This document shows, in pieces, positions 14,301 through 24,905 of a stretch of 64,000 nt of DNA; positions within the stretch are counted from its first letter, which is position 1; every line of letters starts with the position of its first letter. The DNA lies in NCBI GenBank assembly GCA_043228905.1, contig JBHGNT010000022.1, positions 6,386,001 to 6,450,000 of the forward strand. Direction: 5' to 3'. Origin of the DNA: Azolla caroliniana (Eukaryota; Plantae; Polypodiophyta). The position numbers were made by a program, and so were the translations under genes. Below the pieces are notes generated by a model, which was not told the DNA's origin, did no database searches, and saw nothing but the letters and a program-made list of their open reading frames with translations.

Positions 14301-14501
14301 GCCAGAATGCACAGAGAAAAACCACTGCGCGTGGAGACCCTTTACTTTCGCGAACCCAGGAGCACAAAAGCACCAAGGCGCTGCAAGATCATCAGACGAG
14401 AACCTACGCACAGAGAACCCCCACCTTCTGAACTCTCTCTCTCTCAATCTCACTCTCATCACCATCCAACCTCGCCACCGCAATCCGACCTCGACACAGA
14501 C

Positions 14502-17349
14502 ATGGACCTGCAAACGCTGTCGGAAGCCACCAAGACATGGCTAAAGCAACATGGGCTCAAGGGCTTCTTGATGATGATGGAAGTACCGCCACACAAAGAA
14601 GCCGACAAGGTGATCAAAGAAATCGACACAGAGGTCATAACGGCGGAGGCGATTCGAGCGTTAACAGGCCTCCCGGAGGGAGGCATACTCACGATTGACA
14701 ATCCGACCCCAGAGCAACTCATCAGGTATTTTGGTGAGTACTCCCTAGCCAGCAAGGGCTACCGGACACAGGGCGGCGGAGATATGTTGTTCCGCGAGAT
14801 TGCTCGTGTGCTCCACGAATACGGCCATGTGTACCCTAGACCCCCTGTCATGCCGCAGAACCGGGCAGGGATGATCATCGCCACCTATGAAGGGATCAAG
14901 GTGGATTGGCCGGTATTGATCGCAGACGGGTTGTGTGCGGCAATCGAGATCGTAAGAGGCAAAGACGGCAAAGAAGGCCGAGACGGACGGAGGATATGGC
15001 ACGCTATAACGCAGTGGCTCACCTTGCTTGTGCCACCCGTCCAGCCCGTCCAGCCCAAGAAGCGAGGAAGAGTGGCGGACGACACCCCAAAGACGGCTTC
15101 CAAACGACAACAGCTGTTGGCCTCTAAGGTCACTAAGGGGAAGGCGGCGGACGCAGAACAGGTGGGAAAGGAGAGTGGCAGCCGGAAGCGGCCAATGGAT
15201 GCGCAGGAAGAACCACCGGCACGGCCTGTAAAGGTTACACTCTGCCGACCGGTGAATAGAGAAAGGGACCCCTTGGCGGCAAAACTCAATGCCGGGACTC
15301 AGGAAGAGGAAATAGAGGAGGAGCCTACGGAGCACCTCCAGCGACGGTCGTCGGCAAGGACCATTGAGGCAGCTGGGAAACGTTCGGATCCTCAGACGGA
15401 GGAAACACCGGCTCCCCATACTGAGACTCCCATGCCAAGGGAGGAACCGGAACCGGTGCGCGTGGCACCGGAATCAGAAGCCCCGACACCACCGGCAACA
15501 CCGACAAGTCCCATCCCGCCAGAGCCGGAAAGGTCAATGCAGCCTCCCTCGGCCAACCAAGAAGAAGCGAAAGGGGAACCAGGACAACAGGGTGCAGGGT
15601 GGTCCACGGGCAAAACCGGAATTGCAACTCGGCGCAACCAGGCGGGATCACCCATCTACAAGTGAGCCCATCTGTCAAACCTCCGTGCAAGCACAAAAAT
15701 GCACCGGTAGCCTGTGGCTCCGGTGGATAGGCGAACAGATAGCCGGAGCAGTGGGGTATATTGAGGCGGAAGAAAGAGCGCAAAGCGAACGGTTGCTCGT
15801 CACAACCGAACAACTAGAGACGGCCCGGTCCAGAATCCGGAGCCTTGAAAAAGACTTGGATCAGGTCACGACAGAGATGGCCAAAATGGCCTTAACGGCA
15901 ACACAGATCCAATCACCGGTGACTCCGGTAAGTGTACAGAATAAAGAAACGGATCGACCTGTACATACCAATAAGACCCCGGCAACGGAAACCGTTCCGG
16001 CGAGAGATGCGGCGCAAGCCCAGGAGCTTGCGGAATTGAGAGATGAACTTGCCACACAAGAAGCGCTAAGGAGCCGTGAACGGGAATTGAAGACAGCGGC
16101 CAAAGCCGAATTAAAGAAGACTGATGAAAACCTCTGTCGGGCAGAGGAGAGCCTCCGGAAAGGCCATCAAGCGTACGACCGGCTAAGGGAGGAAAAAGAC
16201 AAAGTGCTGTAGGAAAAGGACAAGCTGCGGAAGACGGTGGAAATGGAAATTGAACAGCTAAAGGAAGAGCTCTGCCAGCAGAAGGACCGTGAGGACCGGG
16301 CCCGTCGACAGATCAACGCACGGCTCAAGCAAAAGACAGATGATTTTGAGCACCTGCACCAAGACTACAAACGGCTGGAAACGGAGCATAAGGAACAGAT
16401 GGCTGAGCTCCAGCAGGAAGTTGATCGGGCCGCGACGGCGATCGCCGACGAACGTGCGGAAAATACAAGACGGTTGGACGAGGCGGAGAAGGTCCGAATG
16501 GAGCTCCAGAGGCAGCAGTAGGAAGAAAAGGAGAGAGCATCAACGGTATTGCAGAAATTACAAAGCACATATCAAAGACAATTGACGCATTATAAGGAGC
16601 AGGCGGAAGACAACGTCAAAATCATCAAGCAACTGAAGGAGGAACGGCAAGCGGCGGAAACCAAATCGCAATTGGGAACGGGCCGGATTCAGTCCATCCT
16701 TCAGGCATGGCTGAATCAGACAAAACACTTGATTGACGAAAGCTCCGTAAGATGGTGGACAAAGTGGGCACAAAACGCGGCGGAACTCCAATTGCTACGG
16801 GCAGACGTGGCAAACCGGCGGAAGGAAGGAGATGATTGTTATACGTTGACTTCCGAGGACTTCACTGCCATACGGGACGAGCTGGCCGACGACTTCCAAG
16901 TCCTGGCGGATGAATAGCTGGCGCAGGTCTGGCAACTCGTAGCTCAACTAGACGATGATAGGCTGGACGCTCAAATCTAGTTTGAAAGCTACGAGCGGTC
17001 CCGGGTTCGGGAAGAAAAAGCACGGGAAGCGGCAACGGTTAACCTTAGTGATGAGGAACCGTCGCCAGCCGAGGGCCAGCCCGGAACCAGTCAACCGGAG
17101 ACCACTACGACGGAGGGAGCAACGACGGAGACGCCGGTGTCAGAGCAACAAACGGAGAAGCAGCCGCAGCAGCCACCAACGGACCCGTCGCAACAGACAT
17201 CAACAGAGCAGCAACAACAACAGCAACAACCAATTCCAGATGAACCATTGGAGACTCTCGAACAAAGCATTCTGGATATTTTGGACGAAGAATAGCAAGG
17301 GTCGGTTGTGGATTCGACGTACAAGGTACTGTCCCACGGGCGTGCCATG
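14502..17349 (+). pseudogene. Additional ORF of the nested gypsy downstream of pol: globular N-terminal domain, Pro/Glu-rich linker, long coiled coil, Gln-rich tail
   Basis: ORF 14280-15665, then one frameshift into a single frame (15364-16212, 16237-16521, 16549-16917 and on to the LTR) broken only by TAG stops consistent with CAG>TAG. Confidence 0.8.
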
Positions 17350-17781
17350 TGTTACTAGCCGGCAAAGGAGTCCAGAGTGTGAAACGGGGAGTTATTTAAT
17401 TAGTAGGAATGGTTGTAAGTAAGCTATGAGTGTGGACGGATGGACCGGAATCGGTATGCCGTTCCGGATCCGAACCGATCCCGAACAGGTGCGGATGGCA
17501 CCGTTTTGTAATACAGACCGGAAACCTATTTAAAGGCCCGGATACAATGTAATGAATAACGGTTAATTAATAAAGCTTAGTGTTGTTATCTCTCTGTGTT
17601 AATTTCCGTTCTGCATTCATTGTTATATCTTACGCATGTGATTATTAAAGACGATCATGCTAAGTAACCTAATTAAGTCGGATTAATCGTTGAGTCTAAT
17701 CTTGTTGCCGTAACACCCTTTGGTGAAGTGTCTTCCGTAGACACCCTGTGTTAGGCCATTGTCCGGCCCTAAGAGTTAACA
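17350..17781 (+). repeat. 3' LTR of nested gypsy
   Basis: Direct repeat of 7887-8318 followed by TSD TCGGT. Confidence 0.95.
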
Positions 17782-18357
17782 TCGGTGAGGCCACTCTCGA
17801 TGGTCGTGTCCTCCAGAAGCACTCCAAGGTCTTTCCGGTCTCGGATGTCCACGGCTCGTAGGAACATGATCACTTTGTCCAGTGCGAGGATAGCTTGATC
17901 TCTCGCGGACAACCTCCCGAATCGACTTTCGAATGCCAAAAACACATCGAGGACCTTCATCCCCTTGTCCGACGTTTCCACCCAATCTTCGAATCCTCTC
18001 CTCGTTGCCTTGGAGGAGTTCTAGATGGCGAACGTGGTCTTTAGGGCCTCTTCAAATGCTTCCCATGTTGGATTCTGTTGTCGTATCCCATGGATACTCC
18101 CTTGAAGACCGTCGGTCGCCACCCAGTTGAAGGATGTCACTTGTAATCCTTCCAAAATTCCGCACCATAGCATTTCCACCTTGTAATCTCGCAAATATTG
18201 TGACACATCTTTCCCATTGAAATGCCCGTTCCGTTGCACGAGCCGCTCTACTACCGCCGCAATCTCCGACATCGCGTGTTGTTCTTGTAGCATCTGCTCG
18301 AACATCGCCATCATGTTGTTAGCCTCTGGTTGAATTTCCATCTCCTTGCCACCCGGT

Positions 18358-18375
18358 TTCATGTCGAGTTCACCA
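18358..18375 (-). other. Primer binding site complementary to tRNA-Trp
   Basis: Plus strand TTCATGTCGAGTTCACCA versus the recalled plant tRNA-Trp 3' end TTCACGTCGGGTTCACCA (16/18, both mismatches transitions), 4 nt from the LTR. Confidence 0.75.
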
Positions 18376-18379
18376 CTTG

Positions 18380-19100
18380 TGTCGTGTCTTTTGGCTCCGG
18401 ATCGTTGCGTGAGTCGAGTGGGAACCACTGAGGTTTTGGACTAGGAGAAAGAAGAATATGAGATAAAGCTAGTAATGAATAGGTAGAACGAGAGGTAAGT
18501 TATGAATCTTGTGAATCCCACGAGTTTAGTGTATTTAATCAATATTTAGATAGTAAGAGACAATTTAGATGACAAATTCGTGAATCCCACGAATATATTA
18601 TATTGGTCCTTCCTTACAAAATAATCAACCCCCATATACATCTTTCTCTGCTCCTTATATAAGGATGGGAGAGACTAAGCATAACTTCTTGCTTTTCTAA
18701 AGTGTTCATGCACACTAAATGTGCATGAGTTTCTTTTTCCACTATGCTTTTATTCCCTAAATATAGTGCTCATGCACGCTAGATGTGCACGTGTATTTTT
18801 TTATTGGTTTATATTTTTCTTGTAAATAAGGTATTCATGCACTCTAAAAATGCATGATTTACCTTTTAATAATGGTAAGCATCAATAAAAGTCTTATACC
18901 TATTAAATCTATATTTATAACACTTATGATAAGTTAATATAATGGTAAAGTTTTGGTTTATTTAGATGGAGGTACAGGGTCGAACCCTACCCTATGCATG
19001 TAATAAATATTTTAATATTTTCTTTTATTTATATATATGTACTTAAATCGGATATATTATTTTTACATTTTTCAAGTAGTGTGCGGACTACACTACGACA
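18380..19100 (-). repeat. 5' LTR of outer gypsy (721 bp)
   Basis: Repeat of 2166-2818 plus an extra ~68-bp segment bounded by direct repeats TGAATCCCACGA. Confidence 0.92.
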
Positions 19101-19920
19101 ACGCGGAGAAGAGAAGGAAGGACAAGCGGTAAAGGAGTCCACCAAGGTGAGAAATATCCAACGCCAGATCGAAGTCCAGAGGTAAGCTTGTGTGCTTTTA
19201 TTGTGGAAAGCCTGGACATTTCCAGAAGGACTGCCAACATCTTAAGAAGGACAAGAGTGTCGGTAATAATGGCAAACCCAAGAAGATTCCTGAAGAAAAG
19301 TACACTTCGGCCATTGCTACGAGCATTGAAGAACTCTTGTTCGTTTGTGAACAAGTAAGTGCAAACCTTGCAAGCGAAGAATGCACTTGGGTGATCGACT
19401 CTAGTGCATCTTTCCACATAACTCCATTGAGAGAGTATTTATTGACTTAAATAGACGGAGACCATAATTATGTAAAGATGGGTGGCAATGGAGAGTGCAA
19501 GGTAGCCATAGTCGGAAGTGTCTGCTTGACGAAGTCAACTGGGTGTCGACTGACTCTGAAGGATGTTCGAAACTTCCCCAATATCAGATTTAATCTAGTA
19601 TCTACTAGAAAGATGGATGATGAGGGCTACAATGGTAGCTCTTGGAATGGCAAGTGGAAGTTCTGCCGTGGAAACCTCATAGTGGCACGAGCACAGAAAG
19701 AAGACACATTGTATATGATGCATGCATGATTGTGCAAGTCAGAAGTGAATGTGGTAGCGGACTCGGCAGGAGAGATATGGCACAAGAGATTAGGCCATAT
19801 GAGTGAGACGGAGATGCATCTGTTAGCCAACCAGAAATTTCTACCAGAAGTAAAGGGAGTGCATCGAGAGATGTGTGTCAACTGCTTAGTTGGAAAGCAG
19901 AATAGAGTAGCATTCCGGCC
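19101..19920 (+). mobile_element. Ty1/copia (family A-related) gag end, protease, GAG-pre-integrase fragment
   Basis: CFYCGKPGHFQKDC, WVIDSSASFH, IWHKRLGHMSE..CVNCLVGKQ. Confidence 0.88.
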
Positions 19921-20603
19921 ACTGAACTTTGGCAGTCCGGAAACCACGTGTTTCGACTGCAACTCGTGAAGCTTCCAAAAATTGATGTGGTCGATCCACT
20001 TGTGCCACAGGTTAATCTCGACTTTCTCTCCTTTTGCAAACATAGCGGTGCCAACATCATACGTTTCGAGGATAAACATCCTCCCATCTCGTCGCCCTTG
20101 CTAATGGCATTGCCCTCTTTTTCCATGAAGCACCCGAGGTGCGTGAACCGAACCTGCATCCCTTGATCGACAATATGTCTGACGGACACACGAATTTTTG
20201 TGATTGTAGGAACGTGTAGGACGTTCATTAACTTTCCCTTCTGCCTAACATGGGTGAGGCGAAGCTCTTCGATGTGCTCGATGGTATGCTAGGTGTCGTC
20301 TCTAGTTTCGACCAACGCTGGTTGTTCCGGTTTTTCTCCATAAGCAAACCACTCCGCGTGGCTTGTCATATGGTTTGACATCCAAAATCAACATACCATA
20401 CCTCGTTTGGTTTCGAGGTGTTTGTCTTCATCGAGTTAGCCTTGTGTTTCATCACAAAGGAAGGGCCCGATCCATTTCCGAAACTGGATCCTTCTGGTCC
20501 TTCCGCGTAGTGTGAGCGTTGTTGGCTTCCCTGTCTGGTCTTGTCGAATCCGGATTTGTCTGAATCAGCGTGCGTTTTCCAGCACTCGCTCTCTCTGTGA
20601 CCC
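19913..20603 (-). mobile_element. Ty1/copia family B fragment (gag end to GAG-pre-integrase)
   Basis: Reverse strand NVLHVPTITK..QGMQVRFTHLGCF..LWHKWIDH..GLPKFSGR; homologous to 45670-46360. Confidence 0.85.
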
Positions 20604-22658
20604 TATAAAAGTAAATATGCGAAAGCTAAGACAAAACCAACTCAATCGGATAGCCATAGAATACAGACATGGGTTTAATGAAACCTTACACGAGAGAAGT
20701 TAGAGCAAAACAACATAAAACTAAATTAAAAATAATAACACTCTATGTACATACAATGTGCTACATAACACTTTTTATACAAGTCTTTAAAAGGACTAAC
20801 AGAAGTACTAACAAGTACTTCAATCCTCATACAGTCGACTGACACTAACTCCCAAAAATATGCATCCGTACTAGGCTAGATTTGTAGGCCTCTAACGGCC
20901 TACCGGTTCATCCTGATCTCGATTACAATCTAGCTCTTTGATCCGATTTTTGGTTTGGGTCACCGATCTGGTTCTTCGATCCAGATCCGGTTGAGCTTGC
21001 CGCTCAATAGAAAGAATAAGTTGCGATCAACAAGGCGTTACTATTTCTCACTCACTAGTGATGAGCATGACACTTATCTTATGACACACATGCAGATGGT
21101 GAAGGATATATGGTCAAACCGGTTACAATCCGATCCGGCTCCTGGTTTCAGATACCATCCGTACACCGATCCGGATCCAATTGAGCTTGTCCGCTCAACA
21201 CTCCCCCTCAAGCTTAACTTGAGGTCGGATCACAATGTTTATATCTGTGTCTGTCGGTCCTCTTCTCCGGCTCCACTTGGTGTCTTCTCGCTTGGCTCGC
21301 GCTCCACATCCAGTCTGGTTCAACTCTCGCGCACCTCAACCTTCTCAGTTGGCTTGTCTGCTCATAAGACCCTCCTCAACTCTTTCACTATTGCGACTTC
21401 GGCGTTTCTCGAGCCATCGGTCCCTCCATATCGATGCCGACTTCCGCTGCCTCCTCGTCTGTATGGCCTTAAGTTAATCCGGCTCCTCTGAATCAAACTT
21501 TTCTTCAGAATCGGTTGCCTTCGATTCGTTCCAGCTCTTGTCCGAATTGGTTGTCTCTAATTCATCTTCGGTCTTCAGACCCCGCACGACATCAGACCAT
21601 GTCTGTGTCTTGGTCTTCTTGGCTTTACCTCCCCCTTGTTCTGTTGGCTTCAGCTTGGGCTCTCCGTTCCGGTGACTCCCCTTGCGTCCGGTCTCGGCTT
21701 CTTTAGCCGTCCCGTGCACTCCAACTTCTTTAGTCGGGCCGAAGTCAAAATCGGTTTCCGGCTTGGCCTTTCGGTCGTCTTCCTCATTCCTCCCCCTCAA
21801 GTTCGGCATATCGAGATACTGCACACCTAGTGCACCAGAAAAGTGTTGCAACTTGTCTAAACCTAGAGGTTTGGTGAAGATATTGGCCACTTGTCGATCC
21901 GTCGGAACATGTAGCAATTCCACTTCACTGGAGAGAATGCGCTCTTGGACAAAATGGTAGTGCACCTCAATGTGCTTTGTCCGGGCGTGAAAGACAGGGT
22001 TCTTTGCCAACTGGATGTTACTGAGGTTGTCGCAATAGATCATCGTCGGATAAGACACCTCCACTCGTAGATCCTCAAGAGCCTCTTGAGCTATATGGCT
22101 TCGCATGTTGCAACAACCGCTCCTCGATACTCAGCCTCAGTGCTCGACAATGCAACTGTCACCTACTTTTTGTGGCTCCAGGTGACCGTGGTGCTTCCAA
22201 GTGAAAATGCATATCCGGATGTAGACTTGCAGTCGCCGGCATTTCCGGCCCAATCGGCATCCGTGTAGCCGACAAGCTATCTGGCTACACAGGTCTGATA
22301 TAGCAACCCCCTATCCTTAGTGCCGCTAACGTATCTCAGGATTCGATGCGCGCACTAAAGGTGCTCCACGGTCGGATGCGCCATGAATTGACTAATCAAT
22401 CTTACCGGATAGCTGTGGTCTGGCCGGGTGATGGTCAAATATATAAGTCTTCCGACGATTTGTCGGAACCTTTTCGGCTTGCATAACATTCTCGAGTCAG
22501 GGCAAAGCTTCACATTCCGGTCCAGAGGAGTCGAGACAGGTTTGCATTCCGTCATACCGAATTTGAAGAGCATACTCAGCACATAATGCCATGGGCTAAT
22601 AAGGATGCCTTCGGGGTTGTAGATCACTTCGATCCCGAGGAAGTAATGAAGATCCTTA
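20604..22658 (-). mobile_element. Ty1/copia family B-related 3' portion: LTR sequence (20604-21009 and partial 21110-21200), PPT, RNase H with C-terminal extension, RT end
   Basis: LTR start resembles the reverse complement of the family B LTR end; PPT CTCCCCCTCAAGC 21201-21213; ORFs 21474-22106 (CDN..AKNPVFHARTKHIE) and 22355-22681 (DLHYFLGIEV..YLTITRPD). Confidence 0.85.
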
Positions 22659-23019
22659 TGAGGAGGAGGATGAATCGCCATTCTATACTAGGCTCTATGG
22701 TAGTGATTCTTATGAGAGGAATAACCCAAGATTATATTTTTGCCATGGATGGTTAACAATATAAGCTTGTAAGAACTCGAATGATATAAAGCTTAATTTT
22801 TTTTAAATCAATCGCTTTTTGTGAATATTACTTGTTATCAAAAACTTGAGTAGTTAATTTTACGATTAAAAACATGGCGTAAATTTGTGAAATTTGCCTA
22901 ATTTCGTGAATTTTCAATTTTATGAAATGGTGAGATTTTAAGATTTTCCATTGAGTCTTTGAGCACAAGTGATACAGGTATCACAAGTTTTGTGAGATGG
23001 TTAAAAAAACCCTAAAATC

Positions 23020-24003
23020 AAACAGAATATTCCTTATCCTTCCAATTGTGCGTGATCCTTCCACTTCTGAATGCGGGAAGGTTAGCTACCCTCATAAGGA
23101 CAATACGTAGGAAGGTTGTTGTCTTAAACATCGGTGGTGGACCAATGGTGAGGGCTAGGCTTTCATCATGACAATCGTGCTAATCTCTTCCAAGGTATTA
23201 CTCATCCTACTATCCAGCGGTATGGGATGTGGGTGGTAGGTTGGCTATGTCTTGATCATAGCTCTGGGGTGATCGGGTGGAACGGATGCTTCTATTCATA
23301 TATTTACCTTATTTTACTTTATTTTAGACTATTAACACCTCTGGGGGAACACACCCTCGGTTACTACTTCCGAGTAACTAGATCAAGGTATTGTGGTAGG
23401 AAAGAGCGAAATGGCTTTGGGTCGTCCTGTCGACTGTGCACTCAACCAGATACGAGAGTTAGGGGTAACTTTACTATAGGGTATCCGAGATATCTCATTC
23501 CATGGATACCCAACTCGTCTGCTCCGTTATGCCACTCGGAGACACATATTGATCCCTATATACTCACAAGGAACACAAGAATAGGTATCCTATCAAATCA
23601 GCTACAATCGATTAAGGGTGTGTGACTACACCGTAACACGAGATCAACACACCTTATAACATGGATAGACCACACAGGGTTTCCCCACAAGAAAGAATAA
23701 TATATTAATGGTACAACTCAATTACAAACACCGATCGACTATCAGAAGTGCTCACCCCTCTTGTACAGTTTCTCTCTAAAACATACCTCCTCCTCTCTCT
23801 CATTCACACAACACTTATATATTAAGACTCTATGCTTCCTATTTTTGAGAAGCATGGTTAGTTACAATCGTTTTTACTCATTGAATAATTGGTATTATAG
23901 TAACGCCCTATTTGACTTTTTCCTGTGCTTGGCTTCATGTCTCCTTCCACACCGTCGACCATCCCCCTTGGCCAACATCCACGAGGTTCACCACATTCCA
24001 ACA
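23020..24003 (-). repeat. Probable LTR (solo or remnant) of an unrelated family
   Basis: Ends in TTCCAACA, LTR-like composition, abuts a copia gag remnant at ~24004-24230 (-); left boundary and TSD not resolved. Confidence 0.35.
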
Positions 24004-24589
24004 ATATGAGGTTAGTCTCCACATAATATCTACTTGCTTCGTCTATGTGCAATAGGATTTCCAAGTGTGCCATTTTTATCTCAGCCTTTGCATGTTTTCC
24101 ATTCTTCTTCTAGATAATGTTTTCAAGTCTATTAGTTCTTCGAAGGTGCCATCCACAACTTTAAGAAGCCATTCAATATCCAACACGACTTCTATCTTCA
24201 ACTTTTAGTGTTTATGAATTCTTCTCTATTAACTTATCTAGGAGATATATCATGCTAGAGGTAGCCATATTGATTGTGTAGAACTTTGTGGAGGAACTAT
24301 GACTAGAAAGAAGTTTAGAGATATACGATTCAAGAGGATAATATTCAAGTTTTGATGGGAATCTCACTCTGATACACTGTAGGAATTATTATTAATGATA
24401 ACTTGGAATGAGGTGAAAAAACAAGATGTAACAAAGGACTACTAACAATCGGAACTAAGTTGTAAACTTATTTATTAGATGTACCCACACATAGATGTGC
24501 GATGCTCTAGATTTCTTAAATACATCTTCAAATGTGATTGTAACAATGATAAAAATCACTTCTATTTTTAGATACTGATACTATGAATT

Positions 24590-24905
24590 TCATTGTTGTA
24601 GAATACATGGCATACAATATGCATAGAATATGTATGCCAACTATTTTGAAAGTATTCTACCTTTATTTATCATGCAAGTAGAATAAGTATTCCATAGATA
24701 AAATACGATGAATACTTCTTTGATTTGAAAGCTTAAAGGAATTGATTTTTTAGCTTGTTTGGAAACATTAAATGCATAGAATACCTCGAATACTTAGAAT
24801 AATATGTAGAATATGTGAAATCTTATAAAGTGGCATTTCTAAAACATGGATTCATATGTATAGAAGACTTTAGAGTATTTTAAAACGTAAACATAGAATA
24901 AGCAC
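24590..24905 (+). repeat. AT-rich dispersed repeat rich in TAGAATA/TATTCTA motifs; homologous (inverted) to 39355-39575
   Basis: Shared exact 13-mers CATAGAATACCTC (24775 / rc 39370) and GAATATGTGAAAT (24809 / rc 39406), plus colinear similarity over ~250 bp. Confidence 0.7.

Larger units (their letters stand above)
7887..17781 (+). mobile_element. Ty3/gypsy non-chromovirus (Athila/Phygy-like) element, full length, nested in the gag of the outer gypsy; carries an extra 3' ORF
   Basis: 432-bp LTRs 7887-8318 and 17350-17781 (TGTTA..TAACA); TSD TCGGT at 7882-7886 and 17782-17786; gag with CCHC knuckles (~9540-9630, ~10110); protease VIDRGSGVNV; RT MFGLKTAP..FLDD; RH FVDASD; INT 12354-14128; excision restores host frame ESGLTD-TWDNVRD. 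Confidence 0.96.
2166..19100 (-). mobile_element. Ty3/gypsy LTR retrotransposon (outer element, ~7.0 kb without its nested insert), degenerate gag-PR-RT-RH-INT, no chromodomain seen
   Basis: Paired LTRs 2166-2818 and 18380-19100 with TGTCGT...ACGACA termini; gag 18428-17787 continuing from 7886; protease LIDHGSE (6404-6856); RT LPQG..LLDD (5139-5657); RH VTVDTSPTGIG; INT zinc finger H..AGH..CKKC and core (3298-4425). Confidence 0.93.

Noticed and set aside
14502-17349. Retroviral-type envelope gene
   Set aside because: No signal peptide or transmembrane helix is visible; reported instead as an extra ORF of unknown function.
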